Positions 18,108 to 27,900 of a stretch of 64,000 nucleotides of DNA are shown here, one piece after another. Under the pieces are notes generated by a model. The model was not told the DNA's origin. It saw nothing but the letters and a program-made list of their open reading frames with translations, and ran no database searches. Within the stretch, counting starts at the first letter, position 1. Each line of letters opens with the position of its first letter. Source of the DNA: Candidatus Levyibacteriota bacterium (GTDB lineage Bacteria > Patescibacteriota > Microgenomatia > Levybacterales > GWA1-39-11); assembly GCA_050255815.1 (NCBI GenBank), contig JBLMVJ010000014.1, positions 36,728 through 100,727 of the forward strand, given 5' to 3'. The translations under genes were made by a program, and so were the position numbers.

Positions 18108-18927
18108 TAATCCCTATTTTTGAAAGCCAGGGTTTTGTGCCGCCGGCCCCTACTAAAAGGTATTGCTGAAGTATACCAAAAATGGTGAACGTATTCCAGT
18201 AGAGAGACAGGCCCAGCGGAAGGCTAAAAGAAAAGTACGCAATCATAACCGGGAAGATAAATAATGACTGGTTCTGGAAAGCGGTTTGGAAATCATCCTT
18301 TTTCTTCTCACCTTTTGCAATGGTGGGCACCAGGCTGGGCTCAGGCAGCATCATCTTAGACAGGAAAAACTGTAAGACGCCGGTGACAACCGGAATAAGA
18401 ATAACTGCGGGGTTAGCAGAAAACATTTTAGACGGTGAGGAAGAAAGGACTGCGCCAAAAAAATACACATTCCAGGTATTTTGGCTGATATGCATCCAGG
18501 GGAAATATAAGATCTTGTTCAGCGCAGTAATGCCGGAAGAAGTATTCACGTTTACCACATGGGTTAAGACGCTATACAGGCTCCAGATAACCGGAAGCTG
18601 AATAACAAGAGGAAGGCATCCCGCAGCTGGATTAATACCATGCTCTTTATATAACTTCATGATTTCTTCCTGCTGCCTTTTTTTGTCATCTTTATGTTTC
18701 TCTTTTACTGCAGCCAGATGCGGGGTTACTTTTTGCATTTTATGGGCAGATTTTATTTGAGCAGAAACAAACGGGTACAGAATAAGCCGGATAAGTACAG
18801 TCATAAGGATCACGGCAAATCCCAACGGGTAGGGGATATGTCCTAAAAGCAGCAAGTGGTACAAGCCAATTAAAACATTGGTGATGGGGTTAATAAAGAT
18901 AGTGATAAATAAAAGTCCTATGTTCAT
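18097..18927 (-). CDS. yidC: Membrane protein insertase YidC, short 276-aa form.
   Basis: Five-TM core with a conserved hydrophilic groove region. Conserved synteny downstream of rnpA. Confidence 0.8.
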   Translation of the reverse strand: MNIGLLFITIFINPITNVLIGLYHLLLLGHIPYPLGFAVILMTVLIRLILYPFVSAQIKSAHKMQKVTPHLAAVKEKHKDDKKRQQEEIMKLYKEHGINPAAGCLPLVIQLPVIWSLYSVLTHVVNVNTSSGITALNKILYFPWMHISQNTWNVYFFGAVLSSSPSKMFSANPAVILIPVVTGVLQFFLSKMMLPEPSLVPTIAKGEKKKDDFQTAFQNQSLFIFPVMIAYFSFSLPLGLSLYWNTFTIFGILQQYLLVGAGGTKPWLSKIGINAR

Positions 18928-19238
18928 GCGTTCAGTCTTACCAGTAATCTTGAGAGTTCATCCATTATAGCGGATTTTTGGTATTCTTGATAGCTTAACC
19001 TGAGGAAAAAAACCAGATCATAGGAATTGGGTATTTTTTTAAGTTCTTCCTGAAGACAGCTTATAAACATGCGTTTTACCTTATTTCTCTGCGTTGCCTT
19101 CTTTGAGACCTTTTTCCCAACCACTACGGCATAGGTAGGATCTTCTGACTTCTGGAACCGTAAGACATAGAATGGGGTTACGGATTTTTGCCTGGGAACA
19201 CCTTTTCCAAAAGAATACCGGGAGGATTTTTTAAACAT
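18924..19238 (-). CDS. rnpA: Ribonuclease P protein component.
   Basis: Basic 104-aa protein with the RnpA-like core (VVVGKKVSKKATQRNKVKRMF). Lies immediately downstream of rpmH. Confidence 0.75.
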   Translation of the reverse strand: MFKKSSRYSFGKGVPRQKSVTPFYVLRFQKSEDPTYAVVVGKKVSKKATQRNKVKRMFISCLQEELKKIPNSYDLVFFLRLSYQEYQKSAIMDELSRLLVRLNA

Positions 19239-19243
19239 GAGGG

Positions 19244-19375
19244 CTAGAGAGAAACTGCCAGGCTTTTTCTGCCCTTCAGTCTTCTTCTTTTCAAAACGTT
19301 GCGGCCGTCATGGGTTTTCATCTTAGACAAGAAGCCATGCTTTTTAATGCCCTTGACCTTTTTGTGCTTCATCAT
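19244..19375 (-). CDS. rpmH: 50S ribosomal protein L34.
   Basis: Manual translation of the minus strand gives [43 protein letters not shown] (43 aa), matching the L34 consensus (HGF...GR.VL.RRR.KGRK.L). It is too short to appear in the ORF track. Confidence 0.8.
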   Translation of the reverse strand: MMKHKKVKGIKKHGFLSKMKTHDGRNVLKRRRLKGRKSLAVSL

Positions 19376-19474
19376 TTTTTCAGACATGTTGTTATTATAC
19401 TAAATTGTGCCCAGCTTGACAACTGCAATATATTACCCCTTTTCAATAAAGCGAAATTTTGCTACAGTTATTGT

Positions 19475-20551
19475 ATGATTCGAGTTGCTGTGAATGGGTA
19501 CGGGAGGATTGGACGCGTAGCGCACCGCATTATTATAGAGAAGCATGCGGAAGAGATAGAGGTAGTAGCAGTTAACGCAGGATCTTCCACAGACATGTTG
19601 GGCTGGATGCAGCTATTAAAATATGACACGGTGTACCACACACTCCAGAGCCATTCCCTTTTTATCCAAAAACCTGAAGAAGTAACCGTTAAAACAGCAC
19701 TTCCTTCTATAGGAGCGCTGGTGGTAGATGACAAAGTAATTCCTTTTTTCTCTGAAAAAGACCCTGCAAAACTTCCCTGGAAAGATTTAGGAGTAGATGT
19801 AGTGATAGAGTCTACGGGACACTTTACCACCCCTGACAAAATGAAACTCCATCTGGATGCGGGAGCAAAGTCTGTTATTTTGTCAGCTCCCTTTAAAGAT
19901 GAGGCTGCAGATTCCACCTATGTATTGGGGGTAAATTTACATCCGGAAGAAACATCCAATTTGGAAAATATCATCAGTAACGCTTCCTGTACTACTAATT
20001 GCATTGCACCGGTTGCCGCTATTATAGAAGAAACTTTTGGGATAGAAAAAGCTATGATGACTACGATCCATGGATATACTTCAGACCAGCGGTTGCATGA
20101 TGGAGGACATAAGGACTACAGGAGAGCACGGGCTGCTGCTATGAATATTATCCCTACCTCAACCGGCGCAACTAAAGCTGCTGCAAAAACCATTCCATCT
20201 TTGGAAGGCATTTTTAACGGCCTTGCTATCCGGGTACCGGTTCCGGTAGGTTCTTTATCAGACTTTACCTTTCTGTTAAAAAAAGATACTACGGTAGAAG
20301 AAGTAAATAATATTCTGAAACAGGCTGCAGGTTCTGACCGGTGGAAAGGAATTTTTACCACCACAACTGACCCTATTGTTAGCAGTGATGTGATAGGGAA
20401 TTCCCATTCATCTATAGCAGACCTTTCCCTCACCCAGGTGGTAGGGGGGAATATGCTAAAAGTAATTGCCTGGTATGATAATGAGTTTGGATATGCAAAC
20501 CGCTTGGTAGATGAGACTATTGTGCTTGGGAAAAAGTTTTCAGCTGCATGA
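19475..20551 (+). CDS. gap: Glyceraldehyde-3-phosphate dehydrogenase.
   Basis: N-terminal Rossmann motif MIRVAVNGYGRIGR and catalytic motif SCTTNCIAP. The ORF-track start at 19310 overlaps rpmH on the other strand and is an artefact, so the start is taken as the ATG at 19475. Confidence 0.9.
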   Translation: MIRVAVNGYGRIGRVAHRIIIEKHAEEIEVVAVNAGSSTDMLGWMQLLKYDTVYHTLQSHSLFIQKPEEVTVKTALPSIGALVVDDKVIPFFSEKDPAKLPWKDLGVDVVIESTGHFTTPDKMKLHLDAGAKSVILSAPFKDEAADSTYVLGVNLHPEETSNLENIISNASCTTNCIAPVAAIIEETFGIEKAMMTTIHGYTSDQRLHDGGHKDYRRARAAAMNIIPTSTGATKAAAKTIPSLEGIFNGLAIRVPVPVGSLSDFTFLLKKDTTVEEVNNILKQAAGSDRWKGIFTTTTDPIVSSDVIGNSHSSIADLSLTQVVGGNMLKVIAWYDNEFGYANRLVDETIVLGKKFSAA

Positions 20552-20566
20552 TATAATAATCCTCTT

Positions 20567-21145
20567 ATGTCTCCAGATATTAGAATCATTACAGTTTCCG
20601 GAAGAATTGGTGCCGGATCCACCACGTTAGCAAAGGGGCTTGCCCATCATTTGGGGTGGAAGCACATGGAGGGCGGAGAAATCTTCTGGGAAGCACTCCG
20701 TTCTAAAATGAATGTGGACACTAAAGACACTAACCTGCGTCCTGATGAAGAAGACCAGCTATTTGATGACATGCTTAAAACTATCCTTACAGATAATAGG
20801 AATATTGTGATGGAAACAAAACTGGCAGGATTTAACGCACAGGGAGTAGAGGGTGTGTTTAAAATACTTGTAGTTTGTGAGGACCATCAGGGGAATGACC
20901 AGACCCAGATCAGAATTGACCGGTTAGTAAACCGTGAAGGGAAACCGGTTGAAGATGCAAAAAAGGAAGTATTAGAGCGTGAGCGGAATGATTTGGAAAA
21001 ATGGCGGAAGATGTATGTAGATAATGACCAGGACTGGGTGTACTTTGACCCTAAGTTTTATAATTTAGTAATTAATACTTTTGAACACCACAAAGAAGAA
21101 AGTCTTCAGATAGCCTTAGATGCACTGGAAAAAACAAAGAAATAG
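20567..21145 (+). CDS. P-loop nucleoside/nucleotide kinase, cytidylate-kinase-like family.
   Basis: Walker A motif (GRIGAGSTTLAKGLA) at the N-terminus and an NMP-kinase-like size of 192 aa. Confidence 0.5.
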   Translation: MSPDIRIITVSGRIGAGSTTLAKGLAHHLGWKHMEGGEIFWEALRSKMNVDTKDTNLRPDEEDQLFDDMLKTILTDNRNIVMETKLAGFNAQGVEGVFKILVVCEDHQGNDQTQIRIDRLVNREGKPVEDAKKEVLERERNDLEKWRKMYVDNDQDWVYFDPKFYNLVINTFEHHKEESLQIALDALEKTKK

Positions 21146-21234
21146 CATCTCGCCTCTAAAGGAAGATGCTCACGCAGCTTCAATTCATCAGTTATTTTCA
21201 TTAAAAAGAACGGTTTTCTTGAAGCGTTGTGTAG

Positions 21235-21681
21235 TTATCTTTTTTTAAATCGCCTTTGGTCTTCTGCTTCCATCATTATTTTAGCAATATCCTCTGCCAG
21301 TTCAGGAGCTCTGTCTTCCAATTCCGTCAACTGCTGAGAACAGAATTCTTGTGCATCTATATCCTCTGCCAGCTTTTGGGTTAATTGGGAAGCAAGGGCC
21401 CGTGTATAAAGGAACCTGTTATATCTTCTTCCTTCTGTTTCTGCCCCATATTGGAGGGCATAGACATTACTTACCAATTCTGAGAATACTAATTCTGGCG
21501 GAAGGTCCGCTGTTTTCATACCAGGGGTAGGGGAGAAATCATATTCATAAACACGGTGAGTGGGCGGAGGGGTTGGTTTGTCATAGACCGCGTGAAGTCT
21601 TGCAAGGAAGCCATTTTGCGGAAGTTCTTTTCCCCTCATGTGGGAATTATAGTGTTGGGAAAGAAAGAAAGCAAACTGCAA
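21235..21681 (-). CDS. Hypothetical protein.
   Basis: 148-aa ORF immediately downstream of pgk. No motif recognised, and it is not a triosephosphate isomerase. Confidence 0.4.
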   Translation of the reverse strand: MQFAFFLSQHYNSHMRGKELPQNGFLARLHAVYDKPTPPPTHRVYEYDFSPTPGMKTADLPPELVFSELVSNVYALQYGAETEGRRYNRFLYTRALASQLTQKLAEDIDAQEFCSQQLTELEDRAPELAEDIAKIMMEAEDQRRFKKR

Positions 21682-21682
21682 C

Positions 21683-22729
21683 CTATTGTTCTAAGACTTT
21701 AATGCCAGGCAGGTCTTTGCCGGACAGGAATTCCAGCATGGCACCGCCGCCGGTAGAAACAAAAGAAAACCTATCAAGCATATTGTGCTGCTTCAGAAGT
21801 GTCAGACTGTCCCCGCCGCCTACTACGGTATAAGCGCCGGAGTTAGCAATAGCTTCTGCAATCTTCAGGGTATTTGCTTCTGTTTCAGGATTTCCCATTT
21901 TCCCGACCGGCCCGTTCCATACTATGGTTTTGGCCAGCATAAAAATCTGGATAAAGTTTTCCGTATCTTTGGGGGTAATGTCCAGCCCGTCCTCAGTATT
22001 ATCAGCAACCAGGACAACACATTTATGGTCCCCTTGTTTTTCTTCCTGCACTCCCATAAGGATTTTATCCTGCTCTGCAATCTGTCCACCCACCAGTACA
22101 TAATCCGCTATTTTATGCATGGTTTCTACCATAGGCAGTTTGGTTTCAATCTTTGCGCCCCCTATAACAACTACTAACGGCCGTTCCGGATTTTCCAGAA
22201 TTTTTGAAAGGGTTGCAGTCTCTTCCTGGAGATGGAAGCCGGCATAAGAAGGAAGAATGGTGGGGATGCCGCTGATAGAGGCGTGATCCCTATGGGAAAC
22301 TGCAAAAGCCTCATTTACATAAACGTCTCCCAGTGCAGCCAGTTTCTTTACAAACTCTTCCCCTTTTTCCTCTTCTTCAGGGAAGAACCGTAGGTTTTCT
22401 ACCACAAACATATGGTCTGTGATTTTCCATCCGTTAAAATCCCCCAGTTTTGTCTCTTCTGTTACCCCATTAAATTTCTGGGCATACCATTTTGCTATAG
22501 GAAGCAGGGTAAATTCCGGGTTTTCTTTCCCATCAGGCCGTCCCAAGTGCCCCAGGATAACAACGGTTCCCTGGTGGTCTAAAATGTACCGGACGGTTTC
22601 CAAGCTGGAGGCAAGACGCGTGTCATCAGATATAACTTCTCCCTGCAGGTCTACGTCTGTATCTACGCGTACCAGGGCCTTCTTATTTTCAAAGGATGGT
22701 ACAGCTCCTATATTTTTTAACTCAGGCAT
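21683..22729 (-). CDS. pgk: Phosphoglycerate kinase, compact 348-aa form.
   Basis: RVDTDVDL (RVDFNVP-like), LGHLGRP, YVNEAFA, GGAKIETKL, WNGPVGKMG and STGGGAMLEFL motifs. Confidence 0.85.
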   Translation of the reverse strand: MPELKNIGAVPSFENKKALVRVDTDVDLQGEVISDDTRLASSLETVRYILDHQGTVVILGHLGRPDGKENPEFTLLPIAKWYAQKFNGVTEETKLGDFNGWKITDHMFVVENLRFFPEEEEKGEEFVKKLAALGDVYVNEAFAVSHRDHASISGIPTILPSYAGFHLQEETATLSKILENPERPLVVVIGGAKIETKLPMVETMHKIADYVLVGGQIAEQDKILMGVQEEKQGDHKCVVLVADNTEDGLDITPKDTENFIQIFMLAKTIVWNGPVGKMGNPETEANTLKIAEAIANSGAYTVVGGGDSLTLLKQHNMLDRFSFVSTGGGAMLEFLSGKDLPGIKVLEQ

Positions 22730-22767
22730 ACACTAGTTATACGGGAAAGAAAAAAAGTTTGCAAGCA

Positions 22768-25275
22768 TTAGCGGGCCAAAGCTGTAGTTCCCGGAGTAGG
22801 GGTGGGAGTTGTGGACGGCGGCATTATGCAGGAAGCCCCGGTATCTGTTCCCTGCAAAAAGTACACGTCTTTTCCATAACACGGTTTTTTTACTATATCG
22901 TCAGGGATGAGAAGCGGACCGTCAGTACTCTTGGAGATAATATTAGTCATGATCTTGTTCCACATAGGAGCAGCTCCCGTTATTCCTGATGCTAAAGCCT
23001 GGCTCATAGGACTATTGTCATTGTTTCCTACCCAGGTTGCGACTACTATATTTGGGGTAAAGCCTACGGTCCAGTTATCCCGTTTGCTGTCAGTAGTTCC
23101 GGTTTTAACGGAAACCCGGTGTCCGGGAATATTTAATGGGGAATTGGTCCCAAATTCTATGGAGCGTGCTGCGTTGTCTGACAGGATGTCAGAAATAATA
23201 AAAGCAACTCCCGGGTCTAATACCTGGGAAGGTTCAGGAGCTTTCTTATATATAGTGCTCCCATTTGCATCTTTAATTTCCAGGATTGGATTAGGGACAT
23301 TTTTTTTGCCGCCGTTTGCCACCGTAGAATAGACCGTTGCCAGATCAAGCATGCTGGTTTCAGCAGCCCCCAGGGTTATGGACAGGCCATACCGTTGGGG
23401 TTGGTTCCAACTGGTAATCCCCAGCCTTTGTCCCTGCTCCACAATATTTCCTACCCCCAGTTTTTGCGCAACCCGCACTGCAGTTATATTAAATGAGTTT
23501 GCAAAGGCAATCCGCAGCGGAACATTTCCATGGTTTCTCCCGTCATAGTTAACCGGCGTGTATGCCGGCCCCTGCGCCTGGGGGATGGAAAGAGGAGAAT
23601 CATCCAGAAGGGTAGTTTGGGTATATCCGGAAGAAAGTGCCAGGGAATAGGTTACTACTTTTATGGTAGAGCCGGGCTGGCGCAGGGCTGTAGTAAGGTT
23701 TACATTCCCGTCATGTTCCATGTCAAAATAATCCCGAGACCCTACCATTGCAAGGATGTCACCGTTTCTGGGATCTAAAATTAAAGAAGACCCATTTGAA
23801 ATATTCAGGGACGCATCTGCGTCTACCTCAGATGAAACTACCTGTTCTGCCATATCCTGCATCTGGGAATCTAAGGTGGTTTTTACCTGCAATCCTCCGC
23901 GCTCCACTTCAGAGAGGCCATAGCGCTGCTCTAAAAGACTTTTAACATACATCACAAAATGAGGAGCCTTTATAATGTTATTAGGTCCGGTAAACGTAAG
24001 CTGGGTGGAGAGCGCATCCTGTTCCTGAGAGGAAGAGATGTAATGCTCTTGTGCCATTGCATCCAGCACATCCTTTTGCCGTTTTTTCCATGCATCAGCA
24101 TACTCTGAATAAGGGGAGTAAATACTAGGAGCGCGTGGCAGTCCTGCTAAAAAGGCAGATTCTGCCAGATTTAATTCTTCAACGTGTTTTCCAAAGTACA
24201 CTTCTGAAGCTGCTTCCACACCCCATGCAGTCCCGCCATAGGGAACATAGTTAAAGTACAGCTCCAATATCTTGTCCTTGTTGTAGATACGCTCAGTCCA
24301 GAAGGCCAGGACCAGTTCCTTCACTTTCCTGCTGATTGACGGCTCTGATGTTAAGAGTGAGGATTTTACCAGCTGCTGGGTAATGGTTGAGCCTCCCTGG
24401 AATTCATTGTTCGTAGCATCAGACACCAGTGCACGCATTATTCCCCTGATATCAAACCCGGGATGGGTGTAAAAGTCGCGGTCTTCTATGGCTATAGTTG
24501 CATTCCTGAGGTTTTGAGGGATTTTAGACAGCGGTACGATAGTCCGGTTCTGGTTTGCAAAAATCTCATACAGGAGTTTTCCGTTCCGGTCAAATATTTT
24601 TGTTGTTTTTGGGATGGTGCTGACGGAAAGTGTGGAAGGGTTGGGAAGGTCCGTTAAAAAGATAAGGGCAAGTAGCGGGAGGAAGATGAAAAATGCAGCA
24701 AAAACAGCTCCCCACAGAAATACTTTAATAACAAAAAAGATACTGGGTTTTTTTTCTGCCCGTTTGCGCTCTTCCTCAATTTCTTTCAGGTGCTCTTGTT
24801 CTTTTGCAAAAATTGCTCGTGATTTTTTATCCAGCCGGTAAAAAGCAAATAATGGGTACGTGATAACTTTAAGAAGCAATAAGGCGGTTTGTATGAGAAA
24901 GAGTAGGAAGTCAAATAAAACACCTGTTATGAGAAGTGCAGCTTTCAATAGGGCATAGCTGGTCTTGTATGTTTCCCGCCATGTCTTTTTGCCCGTTTTT
25001 TTTACCATCATCATCTGCCAGTTTTTAGGCTTAGGGGCTTTATATAGGACGCGCTTTTTTTTGATAGGTTTTACCAGGTGAAACGAGATGTTAAAGTTTC
25101 TAAAAAAAAAGAGGGGCCTCCAGTTTGCAGAAGGCTTTTTAATACGTTTTTTCTTCAGGGAAGAAACTTGTTTTTGGAGAAGCAGTTTGGGAAGGGTGAG
25201 TAAAAAAAGCACACTGTCCCCGATCTTTATTAAGACCAGGACCAGCCAAAATATAAGTACTTTTAATGTGTTCAT
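22768..25275 (-). CDS. Class A penicillin-binding protein with an extended N-terminal multi-TM/basic region.
   Basis: GT51 motifs (EDRDFYTHPGFD, GGSTITQQLVKSSLL). Transpeptidase motifs: STIK, SFN and KTGT. C-terminal PT-rich tail (PPSTTPTPTPGTT). Confidence 0.8.
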   Translation of the reverse strand: MNTLKVLIFWLVLVLIKIGDSVLFLLTLPKLLLQKQVSSLKKKRIKKPSANWRPLFFFRNFNISFHLVKPIKKKRVLYKAPKPKNWQMMMVKKTGKKTWRETYKTSYALLKAALLITGVLFDFLLFLIQTALLLLKVITYPLFAFYRLDKKSRAIFAKEQEHLKEIEEERKRAEKKPSIFFVIKVFLWGAVFAAFFIFLPLLALIFLTDLPNPSTLSVSTIPKTTKIFDRNGKLLYEIFANQNRTIVPLSKIPQNLRNATIAIEDRDFYTHPGFDIRGIMRALVSDATNNEFQGGSTITQQLVKSSLLTSEPSISRKVKELVLAFWTERIYNKDKILELYFNYVPYGGTAWGVEAASEVYFGKHVEELNLAESAFLAGLPRAPSIYSPYSEYADAWKKRQKDVLDAMAQEHYISSSQEQDALSTQLTFTGPNNIIKAPHFVMYVKSLLEQRYGLSEVERGGLQVKTTLDSQMQDMAEQVVSSEVDADASLNISNGSSLILDPRNGDILAMVGSRDYFDMEHDGNVNLTTALRQPGSTIKVVTYSLALSSGYTQTTLLDDSPLSIPQAQGPAYTPVNYDGRNHGNVPLRIAFANSFNITAVRVAQKLGVGNIVEQGQRLGITSWNQPQRYGLSITLGAAETSMLDLATVYSTVANGGKKNVPNPILEIKDANGSTIYKKAPEPSQVLDPGVAFIISDILSDNAARSIEFGTNSPLNIPGHRVSVKTGTTDSKRDNWTVGFTPNIVVATWVGNNDNSPMSQALASGITGAAPMWNKIMTNIISKSTDGPLLIPDDIVKKPCYGKDVYFLQGTDTGASCIMPPSTTPTPTPGTTALAR

Positions 25276-25446
25276 GCCAGTATTTTATCTTCCGATAATC
25301 TCGGTACAAAAAGTCTAGGATAAAACCAGGGGATTCAAAGTGATTATAGCCTTGCTGCTGAGTTTTCACAAGAGGGAAATCATGCCTGATAAAAAGAAGG
25401 GAAAACATTGCATTTAGGCAAAAATCTAGGATACAATTAAATTGCT

Positions 25447-26421
25447 ATGAAAACTCTCACCATAGGATCATGTGATATAGATGTTTTTATAACTCCTATG
25501 CTTTCTTCTTCCCTTACCCAGACAGACACTGACGTTTCTTTCCGTTTGGGTGATAAAGTACCTATTAATATAAACGGCATGTATCTGGGGGGAAACGGAT
25601 CTAATGTTTCCGTAGGGTTGAAGCGCTTAGGTATGGAAAGTTATTTCTACTCTTTTTTTGGCAATGACCTGTTCTCCCACCTGATCCATGATTCTATAGA
25701 TAAAGAGGGGGTAACGTTAATAAATCATGACGGACTGGGCGATAACACTTCAGTATCCTTAATATTTGATTTTGACCATGACCGGGTGATTTTTTCCCAC
25801 CATGATACCAGGGAGCATAAATTTAACCCCTCAACAGTTGATCGGTATGACGCCATGTACCTTACTTCCATAGGAAAAGAATGGGTGGGCGCCTATAAAG
25901 AAATATTAACCTTTATCCATGCCAGCAGTATGATGGTAGCGTTTTCTCCGGGTTCTCCCCAGTTTGCAGATTTGCAGGATGTGGTTTATGAAATTATTGC
26001 AGCCTCACAGCTGATATTTGTGAATAAGGAAGAAGGGGAAAAACTTCTGGCAAAAAAAGGGGAAACTGCAACAGACGTAAAAGACCTGCTGGTGAAATTA
26101 TCAAAAATGGGCCCCCCCACCGTTTCTGTAACAGACGGAAAAGAAGGTGCGTACGCATATAGAGACGGTTCATTTTATTTTTCCAAACCTTTTGATACAC
26201 AGGCGCAGACTATTGATAAAACCGGTGCCGGGGACTCCTATGCCGCAGGTTTTTTTGCAGCCCTTCTTCTGGGCAAGGATATCAAAGAGGCTATGAGATG
26301 GGGTTTAGTCAATTCAAATTCAGTGATGCAGAAAGTTGGGGCTGAGCCGGGACTATTAACGCCGGATACTTTAGAAGCCCAGATTTCCTCACATGCGGAC
26401 TTCCAGATAGATAGTATTTGA
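25447..26421 (+). CDS. PfkB-family carbohydrate kinase, possibly a phosphofructokinase or sugar kinase.
   Basis: PfkB signature 2 (DKTGAGDSYAAGFFAALL) and a glycine-rich N-terminal region (GGNGSNVSVGL). Confidence 0.72.
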   Translation: MKTLTIGSCDIDVFITPMLSSSLTQTDTDVSFRLGDKVPININGMYLGGNGSNVSVGLKRLGMESYFYSFFGNDLFSHLIHDSIDKEGVTLINHDGLGDNTSVSLIFDFDHDRVIFSHHDTREHKFNPSTVDRYDAMYLTSIGKEWVGAYKEILTFIHASSMMVAFSPGSPQFADLQDVVYEIIAASQLIFVNKEEGEKLLAKKGETATDVKDLLVKLSKMGPPTVSVTDGKEGAYAYRDGSFYFSKPFDTQAQTIDKTGAGDSYAAGFFAALLLGKDIKEAMRWGLVNSNSVMQKVGAEPGLLTPDTLEAQISSHADFQIDSI

Positions 26422-26526
26422 CTTATCCTTTCGTACCTAATTCCAGGGGTATAACTTTTCCTGAGTTCCAATAGAACACCATAGTTGCAAATGAGAGCAA
26501 GAAAAGTATATAACTAGTAGATACAG

Positions 26527-27393
26527 ATGTTAACACTTCATGAACTTCATCTAAAAGCAAAACAAGAAGGTTGGGCGGTTCCTCATTTTAATTTTTCTTC
26601 CCTGGCACAGCTGAATGGCGTTATAGATGCTGCAAAAAAACTTAATGCGCCTATACTTTTGGGGACCTCTGAGGGAGAACGGAAATTTGTAGGCCTGAAG
26701 CAGGCAGTTGGCCTTGCAAAAAGTTTCCGGGAAGAAGGACTCCCTGTGTATTTAAACGCAGACCATACCCATAGCGTTGAAGCGGCTATGGCAGCTTTTG
26801 ACGCAGGATATGACTCTATCCATATAGACCTTTCAAAACTCCCGTTTAGAGAAAATATAGAGGGCACTAAAAAAGTAGTGGATTACGTAAAAAGTAAAAA
26901 TCCGGAAGTTGAAGTAGAGGCAGAGCTGGGGTATTTGGTTACCGATTCTTCAAAAATATATAATGAGGTTATTGAAATTCCGGAAGAGTCTTACACAAAA
27001 GTAGAAGAAGCGGTTGAATTTGTTAGTGAAACGCATATAGACCGGTTTGCCCCGGCCGTAGGGAACATGCACGGTATTGCCTTAAATGATAAGGTCATTA
27101 AATTTGATTTGATTGAAAAATTGAGGGAAGCCCTGCCAAAAGACCTTACTTTTACTATTCATGGCGGTTCAGGAATCCATGATGAGGATATAAAAAAGAT
27201 GGTGCAGATGGGCTTTAATAATGTACATATTTCTACAGAGCTGAGAAAAGCGTACACTGATGCCCTCAGAAAGAGCCTTTCTGAGAAACCGGAAGAATTA
27301 TCCCCGCAAGTATATGAGGCTCCTGCCCGCGCCGCTGCCGCAGAACTGGCAGAAGGAAAGATGCGGCTTTACAACACGGTAAATGTTCTGTAA
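26527..27393 (+). CDS. fba: Class II fructose-bisphosphate aldolase, or a related ketose-bisphosphate aldolase.
   Basis: N-terminus LKAKQEGWAVPHFNFSSLAQLNGVIDAAKKLNAPILLGTSEG, with the metal-binding His context (HTHS, HGGSG) of the class II FBA family. Confidence 0.78.
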   Translation: MLTLHELHLKAKQEGWAVPHFNFSSLAQLNGVIDAAKKLNAPILLGTSEGERKFVGLKQAVGLAKSFREEGLPVYLNADHTHSVEAAMAAFDAGYDSIHIDLSKLPFRENIEGTKKVVDYVKSKNPEVEVEAELGYLVTDSSKIYNEVIEIPEESYTKVEEAVEFVSETHIDRFAPAVGNMHGIALNDKVIKFDLIEKLREALPKDLTFTIHGGSGIHDEDIKKMVQMGFNNVHISTELRKAYTDALRKSLSEKPEELSPQVYEAPARAAAAELAEGKMRLYNTVNVL

Positions 27394-27399
27394 TACACT

Positions 27400-27900
27400 A
27401 TGCAAATCTTCTTAGCAAATGACCATACCGGAGTGGAATACAAGAATGAAGTAAAAAACTTTCTGCAGCAAAAAGGCTATGAAGTAGAAGATTGCGGAGC
27501 CTACACCTTTGATAAAGATGATGACTATCCGGATTTTATCAGCAAGGCAGCCCAGGGTGTTTCAAAAAATCCCGGAGCGGTAGGGTTTATCTTTGGCGGG
27601 TCAGGCCAGGGGGAGCAAATGGTTGCCAATAAATTTAAAGGAGTACGCTGTGCTCTTTTTTACTCTCCGGCAAAAGCAACAGACTCTATAGATATTAGCG
27701 GTAACACCAGTGATGACCCCTTTGAGATTATTAAATTGACCCGCATCCATAATAATGCCAATATGCTTTCCTTTGGCGTACGGTTTTTATCAAAAGAAAC
27801 CGTGCTAACAGCAATTGATATTTTTCTCACTACTGAATTTTCTAAAGAAGAGCGCCATCTGCGGCGCGTTGATAAAATTGCAAAACTGGAAGAAGAATAG
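27400..27900 (+). CDS. rpiB: Ribose-5-phosphate isomerase B (RpiB/LacAB family).
   Basis: MQIFLANDHTGVEYKNEVKNFLQQKGYEVEDCG is the typical RpiB N-terminus. 166 aa. Confidence 0.8.
   Translation: MQIFLANDHTGVEYKNEVKNFLQQKGYEVEDCGAYTFDKDDDYPDFISKAAQGVSKNPGAVGFIFGGSGQGEQMVANKFKGVRCALFYSPAKATDSIDISGNTSDDPFEIIKLTRIHNNANMLSFGVRFLSKETVLTAIDIFLTTEFSKEERHLRRVDKIAKLEEE

Noticed and set aside
19310-19474. The ORF-track N-terminal extension of gap ([11 protein letters not shown]...).
   Set aside because: It overlaps rpmH on the opposite strand. The conserved GAPDH N-terminus MIRVAVNGYGRIGR begins at the ATG at 19475.
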